Shown here: positions 36,746 to 46,482 of the stretch, one piece after another | How positions within the stretch are numbered: position 1 is the stretch's first letter | Layout: every line of letters starts with the position of its first letter | Assembly (NCBI GenBank): GCA_002772695.1 | Contig: PFDI01000006.1 | Coordinates: 1,214-65,213 of the forward strand | Direction of reading: 5' to 3' | Length of the DNA stretch: 64,000 nt | From: Candidatus Pacebacteria bacterium CG10_big_fil_rev_8_21_14_0_10_44_54 | GTDB taxonomy: Bacteria; Patescibacteriota; Microgenomatia; UBA1400; PJMF01 | Notes under the pieces: model-generated | Database searches by the model: none | What the model was told of the DNA's origin: nothing | What the model saw: the letters and a program-made list of their open reading frames with translations, nothing else | Made by a program: the position numbers and the translations under genes

Positions 36746-37933
36746 GTGAGAATCACTTTGTGCACACTGCTCATCGCGTTTACCTTGCGGTTTGGACTAG
36801 ATACAGCGCATGCCCAAAACATTGTTGTTTCCGAACTTTACCCAGCTCCCAATGCAGGTGAAAATGAGTGGATAGAACTCTACAATGCAGCGTCAAGCGC
36901 TGCAGATCTAACCGATTGGACTGTGTTTGACACACTCAGTACTCCCAGCTTGCTGCACCAATTTACAGATTTTATTTTGCAGCCATACGAAATTTTTATT
37001 CTCAATTTATCAGGCAGCACGCTCAATAACACTGGTGACACTGTTGTCCTAAGTGATCCGGCTGCTACCTATTCAGCTTCACTCTCTTACTCGAGTAGCA
37101 CCAAAGGTCTTTCGTGGCACCAAGATTTGCTGACAGGAGAAGTGTTCGAGTCATCACCTAGCGCAGGTATTGTCGCTACTGCAAGTGCAGTGCAACCTAG
37201 TCCAATACCCATCGCTACTCAAGCAGCTGTCTCGGCCACTCCTGCTGCTGTAGTAATAAAACCAAACGTGCAACTTTCTGAAATCATGGCATGTCCTTAC
37301 TCTGGACAACCAGAGTGGATAGAGCTGCGCAACTTCGGTGAAACTATTTCGCTTGAAAACTGGCTAATTACAGATAGCACCGGAAACACTCGGGAACTCG
37401 CTGGTTTGATAGCAAATGACAGCCGAGTGGTTTTTTCTTGGAGCAACAGTATGCTTAATAACTCAGGAGACTCGCTCCTCATCACGACCAATCTTGGCAC
37501 CGTAGTTGCTGAAGCAAGCTACTCATATTGCAAAAGTGGCTACAGCCTAACTCTGAACAACGACAACTGGGTGCCTTCGCATCCGACGCCAAACGAGGCA
37601 AATAAGCTGTTTGAAGAAAGTGATGGGGAAGATGTAATGGAGGTGAACAAAATTGAAGCCACAAGTGTGCAGTCTACTGCCGCTTCTGCAGATCAAGTCA
37701 AAGATTCTGGACAAGTCCTTGGCACTACAATAACTGCACAGCCAGCCTATCCGTATTCACTAGCAAAAGAAATTATCACAATACAAGCATTGGTGCAGCA
37801 AGATAAACTGACAAAAAATACGACACAGAAATCGCTACCAGCCAAATCAAATGAAACATCACTCGGTGGTATACTAGGAGGCCTGCTTGTAACAATAAGT
37901 AGTCTCTATGCCCGCAAAGATCTCTTCACCTAG
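36746..37933 (+). CDS. secreted, C-terminally membrane-anchored protein with two lamin-tail (LTD) domains
   Basis: Signal peptide. Two repeats, VVSELYPAPNAGENEWIELYN... and QLSEIMACPYSGQPEWIELRN..., match the LTD pattern. Ser/Thr-rich linkers and a C-terminal TM helix are present. Confidence 0.6.
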   Translation: MRITLCTLLIAFTLRFGLDTAHAQNIVVSELYPAPNAGENEWIELYNAASSAADLTDWTVFDTLSTPSLLHQFTDFILQPYEIFILNLSGSTLNNTGDTVVLSDPAATYSASLSYSSSTKGLSWHQDLLTGEVFESSPSAGIVATASAVQPSPIPIATQAAVSATPAAVVIKPNVQLSEIMACPYSGQPEWIELRNFGETISLENWLITDSTGNTRELAGLIANDSRVVFSWSNSMLNNSGDSLLITTNLGTVVAEASYSYCKSGYSLTLNNDNWVPSHPTPNEANKLFEESDGEDVMEVNKIEATSVQSTAASADQVKDSGQVLGTTITAQPAYPYSLAKEIITIQALVQQDKLTKNTTQKSLPAKSNETSLGGILGGLLVTISSLYARKDLFT

Positions 37934-38300
37934 CCCAAAAGTACCACTTTTTATAAACGCATATCTGCCAGTTCTGCTTTGGGCTACTCTTATTTTCTAT
38001 CTATCTAATCAAGCTATCTTGCCAGGTCTTTATGTAGAAACATACGACTTTATCTTCAAAAAATCAGCTCACATTACCGTGTATGCCATACTCTACTTCC
38101 TCGTATACCGCTCACAAATCCTCGTAGGAGTAACAGGAAATAAGCGTTGGCAAGTACCGTTTCTACTTGTACTTATCTATGCCATTAGTGATGAACTTCA
38201 CCAACAATTGGTACCAGGAAGATTTGGTACCTTGCGTGACGTCGGTTATGATCTACTTGGAGCTTGCCTGGCATTTTTAAAACTATACCGATACATCTAG
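37908..38300 (+). CDS. VanZ-family membrane protein
   Basis: Four TM helices with conserved KKSAHITVY and AISDELHQQLVPGRFGTLRDV motifs of VanZ-like proteins. Confidence 0.65.
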   Translation: MPAKISSPSPKVPLFINAYLPVLLWATLIFYLSNQAILPGLYVETYDFIFKKSAHITVYAILYFLVYRSQILVGVTGNKRWQVPFLLVLIYAISDELHQQLVPGRFGTLRDVGYDLLGACLAFLKLYRYI

Positions 38301-38392
38301 CAAATTTGATCTCCCTCTTGACTTGCAGTTCGTATACAGTACACTTGGATCCACATAGCTGACTGTAAAAATTCACGTGCTGATACGAAAGG

Positions 38393-38677
38393 ATGACAAT
38401 CATGACAAAGTCTCAGCTCATAGCAATTGTCGCCAAAAAAGCTCATCTTACAAAAAAAGCATCCTCTGATGCGATTGAGGCACTACTCGAAGAGGTTACG
38501 CGCTCACTTAAAAAAGGTGAAAAGGTAGTACTCTCGGGTTTTGGTACAATTTATGTTAGTACCGTCAATGACAAACAAGTTGTGCCATTTGGTAATGAAG
38601 ACAAACGACAAACTATCAAATCGCATCGAGTAGTAAACCTCAAGGTAGGCAAACCTCTCAAAAAAGCTGTTTGGTAA
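38393..38677 (+). CDS. hup: DNA-binding protein HU
   Basis: MTKSQLIAIVAKKAHLTKKASSDAIEALLEEV...GFGTIYVS is the HU/IHF fold. An alternative start is the Met at 38402. Confidence 0.9.
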   Translation: MTIMTKSQLIAIVAKKAHLTKKASSDAIEALLEEVTRSLKKGEKVVLSGFGTIYVSTVNDKQVVPFGNEDKRQTIKSHRVVNLKVGKPLKKAVW

Positions 38678-38704
38678 ACTACACATAGTTGCTTGAGTAA
38701 AAAA

Positions 38705-38727
38705 ACACCCTTTTATAAGGGTGTTTT
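38705..38727 (+). terminator. rho-independent terminator downstream of hup
   Basis: ACACCCTT-TTAT-AAGGGTGT hairpin (8-bp perfect stem) followed by TTT. Confidence 0.6.
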
Positions 38728-38735
38728 AGGAAACT

Positions 38736-39728
38736 ATGCCAGAACCAGTAATCACTGTAAGAAATCTAAAAAAACATTTTTCTGTTTACAAAAAAGAACC
38801 AGGATTACTCGGCTCAGTCCGCTCACTTCTGCGACGCGAATACGAAACTGTAGCTGCGGTTGATGATATTTCATTTTCAATCAAACAGGGTGAAGTTGTT
38901 GGTTTTATCGGACAAAACGGAGCAGGCAAAACAACAACGCTTAAGATGCTTGCTGGCCTGCTATATCCCACTAGTGGAGAAGTTTCTGTACTCGGCTTCA
39001 ATCCTTGGAATCGAGAAAATGCTTTTCAAAAACAATTCTCACTAGTGCTGGGACAAAAAAATCAACTTTGGTGGGACCTACCCGCCATGGAAACATTTTT
39101 GCTCAACCAAGCGATTTATGATATCCCAAACCCACGGTTTCGCAAAACACTCAATAAACTAGTTGATTTGCTCGATGTAAAAGATTCCATACAAATTCAA
39201 GTCCGCAAACTTTCGCTCGGACAACGCATGAAGTGCGAACTTATTGCAGCACTTTTGCACAATCCAAAAGTGCTCTTCTTGGATGAGCCAACTATTGGTC
39301 TTGACGTGATTATGCAAAAAACACTGCGAGATTTTATTTCTGAGTACAATAAAGAGTATAACGCAACAATCATTTTGACGAGTCACTATATGGATGACGT
39401 CAAAGAACTTTGTGAGCGTGTCATCATGATTGATCATGGCAAAAAAATATATGATGGCTTACTCAGTAGTATCATTAACAAATATGCTCGCAACAAAATT
39501 CTCTCAGTAGTATTCGCTGCGCCCGTCAGCAAAAATGACTTGAAAAAGTTTGGCACAATAAAACACCTCACTGGCTCATCAGCTACTTTGCTTGTCTCGC
39601 GCAAAGATGCAACAAAAATTGCAGCTCGCTTGCTTGAATCACTACCAGTACAGGATCTTAATATCGAGGAAGCACCACTAGAAGCAATTATTCGAGAAGT
39701 GTTTGGTAATAGAGCAAAAATCGCGTGA
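38736..39728 (+). CDS. ABC transporter ATP-binding protein
   Basis: Walker A GQNGAGKTT, signature LSLGQRMK, Walker B LFLDEPTIGLD. Confidence 0.9.
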   Translation: MPEPVITVRNLKKHFSVYKKEPGLLGSVRSLLRREYETVAAVDDISFSIKQGEVVGFIGQNGAGKTTTLKMLAGLLYPTSGEVSVLGFNPWNRENAFQKQFSLVLGQKNQLWWDLPAMETFLLNQAIYDIPNPRFRKTLNKLVDLLDVKDSIQIQVRKLSLGQRMKCELIAALLHNPKVLFLDEPTIGLDVIMQKTLRDFISEYNKEYNATIILTSHYMDDVKELCERVIMIDHGKKIYDGLLSSIINKYARNKILSVVFAAPVSKNDLKKFGTIKHLTGSSATLLVSRKDATKIAARLLESLPVQDLNIEEAPLEAIIREVFGNRAKIA

Positions 39729-40516
39729 ACCCATATCTTAGATTACTGTCGCTCTCCTGGCAAAATGGTCTCGTCTACAGAACCAATCTCTTGATGTGGC
39801 GGTTTCGACAATTTTTATCAAGCCTGATGTCACTCACTGTCTGGAGTGTCCTATTTACTAGCCAAACCAACGTATTTGGCTACAACAGGGCAGAGATGAT
39901 TAGTTACATTTTTATGGCAGCCATACTGCATGGACTCGTGCTTGCATCAGCACTGTACGGCCTCGCAGAACGAATCTACTCGGGTGATATCAGCTCGTTG
40001 CTACTCAAACCGGTCTCTTTGTTTTCGTATCTAGCAATCGAAGAAGTGGCAGACAAGGGTCGCAATATTCTTGCCACCTTGATCGAAAGCGGCATACTCA
40101 TCGCACTCTTTCAACCAGAAATTGTGCTTCCTTCGGCATATACTACAGTAGTTTTCCTCCTCTGGGCAGCTGGTGGAGTGATTCTCAACTTTCTTTTCTC
40201 GCTCTTATTTGGCACCCTCGGCTTTTGGAGTCCTGATACTTGGGGGCCAAAATTTTTATTCTTTATTTTCCTTGATTTTAGCGCTGGCAAGTTATTTCCG
40301 CTTAATATTTTGCCAGATTGGCTACAGTCTGCTTTATTCCTCACCCCATTTCCATACCTCACCTTTATGCAAACGCAGGTTTTTCTCGGCAAAGTGGCAA
40401 TCGATAAAATTTTGATTCATAGTAGCGCATTGCTACTTTGGATAGTTTTATTTTATTTACTCAACAAATTTCTTTGGCACTGGGGATTTAAAAACTACGC
40501 AGCACAAGGACAGTAA
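39725..40516 (+). CDS. ABC-2 family transporter permease
   Basis: Six TM helices. Overlapping start/stop couples it translationally to the ATPase gene. Confidence 0.7.
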   Translation: MNPYLRLLSLSWQNGLVYRTNLLMWRFRQFLSSLMSLTVWSVLFTSQTNVFGYNRAEMISYIFMAAILHGLVLASALYGLAERIYSGDISSLLLKPVSLFSYLAIEEVADKGRNILATLIESGILIALFQPEIVLPSAYTTVVFLLWAAGGVILNFLFSLLFGTLGFWSPDTWGPKFLFFIFLDFSAGKLFPLNILPDWLQSALFLTPFPYLTFMQTQVFLGKVAIDKILIHSSALLLWIVLFYLLNKFLWHWGFKNYAAQGQ

Positions 40517-41310
40517 TGAATCGAATACAAACATACTGGCGAGTCTGGCGATTAACTGGCTTTAACGCACTGCAAGTTGCCTTTGTGCATCGAGGTACAA
40601 ATATATTTTTCTTACTCGGAAAAATGTTTCGATTTTCAATCAGCCTGTTGTTTTTGCTACTGATTAAGCAAAGCGTCTCTACGCTTGGTGGTTATTCTAG
40701 CGATGAAATGCTGGTCTTTTTTTTGGTTTATCAAGTGATCGATTCATTTTCTCAAGCACTCTTTCGCAACGTCTATGTATTTGGCAATCAAGTAAAAAAT
40801 GGCGAGCTTGATTTTTTACTCATTAAACCGCTCAATCCATTATTTCGCATCCTAACCGACAAACCAGATATAAATGATTTGTTATTTTTGCTGCCAACAG
40901 TGGGCGTAAGCTTCTATCTGCTTAGCACTCTGACAATCTCTGTCACCCCCGTCTCAATTCTTTTGTTTGCAGTATTGTTTGTGAATGCGCTTGTCATAGC
41001 ATTGGCACTGCACATTCTCATTGTAGCTATTGCTGTGTCTATCGTTGAAATTGAAGGACTTGTTTGGCTCTATCGAGATCTTACCTCGCTCGGCAGATTT
41101 CCTGTTTCTATCTATCATGAGTCTATTCGTTTAGTCTTATTTTTTCTCATTCCGATTGGACTAATGCTTACTGTTCCAGCACAGGTGTTACTCAATCTAA
41201 AACCTTCAGTCGGTATTGCTCTAGTATTTGGCATCACCGGATTGTTGCTACTTTCCAGTTTACAATTTTGGAAATATAGTCTGAAAAAATATACTAGCGC
41301 AAGCAGCTAA
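40516..41310 (+). CDS. ABC-2 family transporter permease (second subunit)
   Basis: Six TM helices. It abuts the previous permease, and its stop overlaps the convergent rpsI. Confidence 0.7.
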   Translation: MNRIQTYWRVWRLTGFNALQVAFVHRGTNIFFLLGKMFRFSISLLFLLLIKQSVSTLGGYSSDEMLVFFLVYQVIDSFSQALFRNVYVFGNQVKNGELDFLLIKPLNPLFRILTDKPDINDLLFLLPTVGVSFYLLSTLTISVTPVSILLFAVLFVNALVIALALHILIVAIAVSIVEIEGLVWLYRDLTSLGRFPVSIYHESIRLVLFFLIPIGLMLTVPAQVLLNLKPSVGIALVFGITGLLLLSSLQFWKYSLKKYTSASS

Positions 41311-41816
41311 CGACGCGGCGACTGTCTTGAGCGTCGGGCTTTTCCACCCATGCCAATTTTGCGAGTTTCCTTCATGCGATCATCACGGGTGAGCATACCC
41401 TCTTGTTTGAGCAAAGTGTGAAATTCTGCATTTTGTTTGTCGAGTGCTCGAGCTAAACCATGTACGATAGCTTCTAGTTGTGCTCTCGTACCAGAACCAG
41501 AAACCTTGACTGAAACAGCGGTCGTCTCGCTAGCGCCAGTTACAGCCAGTGGTGCGCGAAGCAGCCGTACTGCGTCTGGAATGGTGTTGAAATACTCTCC
41601 TGCCAATACACCATTAACAGCAAAGTCTCCCTCCACCGTGTATAAACGAACACGTGCAGTAGCGACTTTCCTTCGGCCAATTCCCTCAGTGTATGCACCA
41701 GTCTGCGTTGGAACTGTGTTCTTTTCAACTACCTTAGCTGACTTCTTGGCTTGTGGGATAATTTTCTTTACCACTCGCTGTGCTTGACCTTTTTTCTTTG
41801 CTAAACGTAACGCCAT
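41307..41816 (-). CDS. rpsI: 30S ribosomal protein S9 with a basic N-terminal extension
   Basis: C-terminal GGKARRSRQSPRR and YTEGIGRRK motifs. Confidence 0.9.
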   Translation of the reverse strand: MALRLAKKKGQAQRVVKKIIPQAKKSAKVVEKNTVPTQTGAYTEGIGRRKVATARVRLYTVEGDFAVNGVLAGEYFNTIPDAVRLLRAPLAVTGASETTAVSVKVSGSGTRAQLEAIVHGLARALDKQNAEFHTLLKQEGMLTRDDRMKETRKIGMGGKARRSRQSPRR

Positions 41817-41819
41817 AAC

Positions 41820-42245
41820 TTACTCCTTTGTAGCCAATTGACTCTGATGCCCGTGTTCTGCTCCAGCATAGATTTTGAGTCGCTTCATTCGCTGATTTCG
41901 CAATTTATTTTTTGGCAACATGTTGTAAACGGCTTTTTCAATAATACGTTCGGGAAATTTAGCTTGCATATCTGCAAAAGGGGTGCTGACAAAACCGCCA
42001 GGATAATTTGAGTGACGATAATACATCTTCTGCTGGGCTTTATTGCGAGTGACTGCTACTTTGGCAGCGTTAATAACGACAACATAATCACCCATATCAA
42101 CATTTGGTGTATAGTCTTTCTTTTTCTTACCTATAAGCAATGTAGCAATTTGTGTTGCAGATCTGCCAAGAATCGCCTTGGAGACATCTACTTCATGCCA
42201 AGCTCTCGTTACATCTGCTGGTTTAGTGATAGACGATTTGTGCAT
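41820..42245 (-). CDS. rplM: 50S ribosomal protein L13
   Basis: Start MHKSSITKPADVTRAWHEVD is typical of L13. Confidence 0.9.
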   Translation of the reverse strand: MHKSSITKPADVTRAWHEVDVSKAILGRSATQIATLLIGKKKKDYTPNVDMGDYVVVINAAKVAVTRNKAQQKMYYRHSNYPGGFVSTPFADMQAKFPERIIEKAVYNMLPKNKLRNQRMKRLKIYAGAEHGHQSQLATKE

Positions 42246-42246
42246 G

Positions 42247-42729
42247 TTATTTCTTCTTTGTTATTGATTTCTTTTTTGTTGTGGCTGCTGGTTTTTTTGC
42301 CACAGATTTCTCTACCGCCACCGTCTTTTTTGGTATATTTGGGGTTTTTGGTTTAAATGTTCCCAAACGCTCTCTTTGTTCTAGTAGGGTGACCTTAAAA
42401 AGTGGTGTTGCATCACCTCGGCGAATACCAGCAGGTGAAATGGTAACAAAACCAGAGTCGCGTTTCTTGAATGCCGGGGCAATAACAGCAACCAATGCAT
42501 TACTAATATCACGTTTGCCAAACTGCTTGTGCAACACTCTTCTATTGACAACAGAATCAGTTTTTGAACGCACTATGACTGAGTCTACCTGACGCTTGAG
42601 CTCTTTCGCCTTGGCTTGGGTCGTTGTGATCGTACCATGCAAAAACAACTCACGCAGGAGGTTTTTCATCAGAGCACCCCGGTGCTTTGTGTCACGATTT
42701 AGCTTGCGTTTTGCTACTCTGTGTCTCAT
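42247..42729 (-). CDS. rplQ: 50S ribosomal protein L17 with a Lys-rich C-terminal tail
   Basis: MRHRVAKRKLNRDTKHRGALMKNL is the L17 N-terminus. The tail is KKPAATTKKKSITKKK. Confidence 0.9.
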   Translation of the reverse strand: MRHRVAKRKLNRDTKHRGALMKNLLRELFLHGTITTTQAKAKELKRQVDSVIVRSKTDSVVNRRVLHKQFGKRDISNALVAVIAPAFKKRDSGFVTISPAGIRRGDATPLFKVTLLEQRERLGTFKPKTPNIPKKTVAVEKSVAKKPAATTKKKSITKKK

Positions 42730-42735
42730 GGTAAA

Positions 42736-43710
42736 TTACTCGCCTAAACTGACGCCCTTTTTCTGCAGTGCGCCATCAACAACTACCACGCTTTTCTCAC
42801 CAAGATTTTTTACCTTTGCAATAATATTTTTTGAGGTACCAACTAAGTCACCAACAGTGGCAAAACCACCCTTGCGTAATGCATTGGCTATACGAGTTGG
42901 GAGGTCAAGCTCTTCGACAGTGAGTCGAAGTACTTCTGCCTCTTCTGGACTGAGGGTTGATTCTGGCTCAACAACCACTTGTGTCGCAGGATTTGTAATC
43001 TGCGTAAACTGTCTAGACAGTATCTGGGCTGCTTGCTTGACTGCGTTTATCGGTGAGATAGAACCGTCAGTTGTGATTGATAAAATAAGTTTGTCAAAAT
43101 CGGTTCTGCGTCCAACTCGAGTAGACTCGACTTTATATGATACGCTTACGATTGGTGAGAATAGCGCATCGAGCATGACGTCACCAACTCCGGTGCTTTG
43201 CTTGTCATCGGACACTTGATACCCAGTGCCTGTGTCCACTGTCATTTCTATGTCTATTGAACCATTTTTTGCTAAAGTCATAATGTGCTGGTCACCATTG
43301 GCAATAGAAAAACCAGCCTCACACTCAATATCTTTGGCAGTAAGTACTTTTGGTCCCTTAGCTGAAAGCCGCAGTGTGCCGGCGCCGTTTGCCTGAGCAA
43401 TGACTCGCACTAACTTAAGATTAAGACCAATCTCTAAGACGTCTTCGGTAACACCCGGAATCGCACTAAACTGATGGTCAACGCCCTGCATTCTGAATTG
43501 TGTAATTGCTGCACCAGGCAAAGACGACAAAAGCACTCGGCGAATTGCATTGCCAAGCGTGTGGCCATAGCCTTGCTCAAGTGGTTCTATGGTAATGACA
43601 GAAGTCTGATCATTTTCTGCCACTTCGCTCAACTCAAATGTTGGGTTCATGACAGGGTATTCTGCTGTATCTTGTAACATATTGTTCCTTTTTGTTTCTT
43701 CTCCTCTCAT
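42736..43710 (-). CDS. rpoA: DNA-directed RNA polymerase subunit alpha
   Basis: N-terminal domain motifs (IEPLEQGYGHTLGNAIRRVLLSSL) and the C-terminal domain (RIANALRK...VGDLV). Confidence 0.9.
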   Translation of the reverse strand: MRGEETKRNNMLQDTAEYPVMNPTFELSEVAENDQTSVITIEPLEQGYGHTLGNAIRRVLLSSLPGAAITQFRMQGVDHQFSAIPGVTEDVLEIGLNLKLVRVIAQANGAGTLRLSAKGPKVLTAKDIECEAGFSIANGDQHIMTLAKNGSIDIEMTVDTGTGYQVSDDKQSTGVGDVMLDALFSPIVSVSYKVESTRVGRRTDFDKLILSITTDGSISPINAVKQAAQILSRQFTQITNPATQVVVEPESTLSPEEAEVLRLTVEELDLPTRIANALRKGGFATVGDLVGTSKNIIAKVKNLGEKSVVVVDGALQKKGVSLGE

Positions 43711-43749
43711 CTGAGAGAATCCGTTTCTTTGGTTTATACTTTTTACTAC

Positions 43750-44355
43750 TTATCGACTGTAATACTCTACTACTAACTGCTCTACAACTGGTTCAATTAC
43801 GTCACTGCGTACTGGCAATCTAACAACCCTAGCTGCAACTTGTTTTTTCTCGAGCCATTCTGGCTGGACCGCGTCTGATTCAAGCATAGCTTTGATAGCA
43901 GGAATTTTGCTCGCTTTTGTGCTCAAAACAAGCGCGTCATTTATTTGTACTTGGTAGGATGCCACATTGTGTTTCTTACCATTGAGTCGTACATGGTAAT
44001 GACTGACAAGCTGTCGCGCAGCAGCGCGAGTTGGCGCCCAACCTAAACGAAACACAACGTTATCTAGTCTTCGTTCAAGATAAGAGATAAGCGTTGAACC
44101 CGTGGCAAGCTGGCTCTTGGTAGCTTGTTGGTAAAGTCGCTGTAATTGCTTTTCTGAAACACCATAGACATAACGAATCTTCTGTTTTTCTCTCAATTGA
44201 ATACCGTAATCTGATAATTTTCTTCGTCTCTTAGCGCCATGCTGGCCTGGTCTGATGTTAATACGACGACCCACCTTGAGCGCATTTGTCTTAAGAGACA
44301 AATCTTCACCAATCTGGCGTGCTAGTTTGTTTCGTGAACCTGTGTATCGTGACAT
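43750..44355 (-). CDS. rpsD: 30S ribosomal protein S4
   Basis: MSRYTGSRNKLARQIGEDL start and S4 domain. Confidence 0.9.
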   Translation of the reverse strand: MSRYTGSRNKLARQIGEDLSLKTNALKVGRRINIRPGQHGAKRRRKLSDYGIQLREKQKIRYVYGVSEKQLQRLYQQATKSQLATGSTLISYLERRLDNVVFRLGWAPTRAAARQLVSHYHVRLNGKKHNVASYQVQINDALVLSTKASKIPAIKAMLESDAVQPEWLEKKQVAARVVRLPVRSDVIEPVVEQLVVEYYSR

Positions 44356-44357
44356 AA

Positions 44358-44753
44358 TTATTTGTTGTGCTTTGCTTTCCTTGGTCGAGTACCATTGTGT
44401 GGAGACGGAGTCATATCGGCAATCATGTTGATCCGGATACCCTGAGCTTTAAGAACACGTAGTGCTACATCTCTACCCGGACCTGGTCCTTTAATATACA
44501 GATCCATTGTCTGCATCCCAAATGCACGGGCCTTATTGACTGCATTTTCGAGCGTAATTGTCGCAGCATAAGGCGTTGACTTGCGCGAACCGGTAAATCC
44601 TGCTTCACCAGCGGTTGACCAACAGAGTACATTGCCCTGCTCGTCGGTCACGCTAGCAAGTGTGGTATTGAATGTTGCTGTCACATACAAACGACCACTC
44701 GAAACAAGCCGTTGCTTCTTATTTTTTGATGCTGATTTGGTAGTGTTTGCCAT
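44358..44753 (-). CDS. rpsK: 30S ribosomal protein S11
   Basis: GSRKSTPYAA and PHNGTRPRKAK motifs. Confidence 0.9.
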   Translation of the reverse strand: MANTTKSASKNKKQRLVSSGRLYVTATFNTTLASVTDEQGNVLCWSTAGEAGFTGSRKSTPYAATITLENAVNKARAFGMQTMDLYIKGPGPGRDVALRVLKAQGIRINMIADMTPSPHNGTRPRKAKHNK

Positions 44754-44756
44754 AGA

Positions 44757-45167
44757 TTATTTTTTTGCTGAACTATCTTCTAACTTTGCAGCCATTTCTT
44801 TGCTCAATGAACCAACCGTTTTGCGTTTGCCACCGCCGCGTGCACTGCGAGAGTTGGTTCGGGTTCTTTGTCCTCGAGCTGGTAATTTTGCAGCATGTCT
44901 GGAACCACGATAGGTCTTGGTTCTCTTAAGTCTATCTATATTGTCGTTAATTTCTCGCCGCAGATTTCCCTCAGTTTGGAATCGTTCGAGGCTTCGTTGG
45001 ATTCTATTTATTTCATCGGTGGTGAGATCTCGGGTTCTTTTGTGTTCATCAACATGTGCTTCGGTCAAAATACTCTTCGCCCGATACGCGCCAACACCAA
45101 AGATACTCTGCAGTGCGAACTGAATCTTTTTATGTTCTGGAAGGTCAACACCAACGATACGAATCAT
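44757..45167 (-). CDS. rpsM: 30S ribosomal protein S13
   Basis: MIRIVGVDLPEHKK start and a basic C-terminal tail. Confidence 0.9.
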   Translation of the reverse strand: MIRIVGVDLPEHKKIQFALQSIFGVGAYRAKSILTEAHVDEHKRTRDLTTDEINRIQRSLERFQTEGNLRREINDNIDRLKRTKTYRGSRHAAKLPARGQRTRTNSRSARGGGKRKTVGSLSKEMAAKLEDSSAKK

Positions 45168-45170
45168 ATA

Positions 45171-45287
45171 CTAGCCCTGTCTTTGCTTATGCTTAGCATT
45201 TGTCGAGCAAACCACACGCAACACACCCTTTCGGCGAATAAATTTACAGCCGATGCAGATTTTTTTTAGTGATGTCCGAACTTTCAT
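45171..45287 (-). CDS. rpmJ: 50S ribosomal protein L36
   Basis: Hand-translated 38 aa: [38 protein letters not shown], with a C-x2-C...C-x-H zinc ribbon. It is absent from the ORF track because it is shorter than 60 aa. Confidence 0.85.
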   Translation of the reverse strand: MKVRTSLKKICIGCKFIRRKGVLRVVCSTNAKHKQRQG

Positions 45288-45342
45288 GTTTAATTCCTCA
45301 AGAGAGGTGAACTATACCAGGTGTGATCTTGTTTGAAAAGAC

Positions 45343-45672
45343 TTAAATTGACTGCGGTTCCTTTTGTGTTGATCTAAAGGTTATTTTCATCTTTTTGAGG
45401 TCATATTTTGATACATATCCCTTAACTACATCGCCAGGCAAAACCCGAATTCGAAATAGTCTCATCTTTCCAACTAATGTGCCAAGTAGTGTTCTGCCAA
45501 TCATTTGTGGATACTGCGACTGCTTGATTTCAACATAAAACATAGTGTTTGGCAGACAACGAGAAACCTCACCTTCCACCTCAAAACGGTCACTAGCAGC
45601 AGCCTTTTGTTGAGTTGGGTCGACTTGTCGCCGGCCTTTTGCAGTTCGCTTATGATCTTGCACTTTACCCAT
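45343..45672 (-). CDS. infA: translation initiation factor IF-1 with a ~35-aa basic N-terminal extension
   Basis: S1-like core LPNTMFYVEIKQSQYPQMIGRTLLGTLVGKMRLFRIRVLPGDVV. Confidence 0.85.
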   Translation of the reverse strand: MGKVQDHKRTAKGRRQVDPTQQKAAASDRFEVEGEVSRCLPNTMFYVEIKQSQYPQMIGRTLLGTLVGKMRLFRIRVLPGDVVKGYVSKYDLKKMKITFRSTQKEPQSI

Positions 45673-45693
45673 AGAACCCCAGATTATAACAAA

Positions 45694-46482
45694 TTATAGG
45701 CTTTTTGTCAGGACTTCGTGTCCAAACTCAGTTACAAGCACCGTTTCTTCAAACATCGCAGAGAGCGAGCCGTCTTTGGTGCGATAGGTCCAGTTGTCCT
45801 TTGCTAATTTGAGCTCTGGGTCGCCCGCCGCGTACATCACTTCTATAGCAACAGTCTGTCCTGTCGAAAAAAATACTTTCTCATCAGACTTATTTGCTAC
45901 TACAGGTATGCTAGGCTCCATATGTAGTTTTTCACCTATGCCATGGCCAGTTAATTGGTAAATAGCGCCAAAACCATGAGTATCAAGAACGCGTTGCATA
46001 GCTTTGCTAACAGCATAGACAGAGGCACCGGATCGCACTTTTGCTATAGCTGCTGCGAGGCTCTTCTTGCCAACCGCAAGAAACTCCTGGGTTCCAACAG
46101 GTGCCTCACCAACAATAAAGCTTGTGGTTGTATCGAGATGATATCCCTTGTTGAGTAGTCCAATGTCGATGGTAACTACATCCCCGCTCTGGATTGTATC
46201 TTGTTGTGGTATACCATGACAAAGAGCGTCGTTGCGCATGACACAAGTTGCCCAGCTGTATCCAGGAACACTAGAAAAACTAGCTACAACCTTGTGTTTT
46301 TTTAGTAATGCTTGAGCCCAAGACTCAATTTCTTCAAAAGTCGTGCCAGGGACTGTCCGTCGCTCCAGCTCATCTCTGATCTGAGCCAGAATACGACCGC
46401 CTTGTCGCATTGCAGTAATTCTAGTAGTAACTTGCTGCGTAGGTGACAACTTATGCCTCGATTGCAGCAATGATCTGAGCAA
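45694..46482 (-). CDS. map: methionine aminopeptidase type I
   Basis: Metal ligands in the DVVTIDIG, HGIGEKLHMEP and TVAIEVM regions. Confidence 0.9.
   Translation of the reverse strand: MLRSLLQSRHKLSPTQQVTTRITAMRQGGRILAQIRDELERRTVPGTTFEEIESWAQALLKKHKVVASFSSVPGYSWATCVMRNDALCHGIPQQDTIQSGDVVTIDIGLLNKGYHLDTTTSFIVGEAPVGTQEFLAVGKKSLAAAIAKVRSGASVYAVSKAMQRVLDTHGFGAIYQLTGHGIGEKLHMEPSIPVVANKSDEKVFFSTGQTVAIEVMYAAGDPELKLAKDNWTYRTKDGSLSAMFEETVLVTEFGHEVLTKSL

Noticed and set aside
42596-43219. 207-aa plus-strand ORF overlapping rpoA and rplQ
   Set aside because: It is antisense to two highly conserved genes and has no recognisable motifs. It is a shadow ORF.
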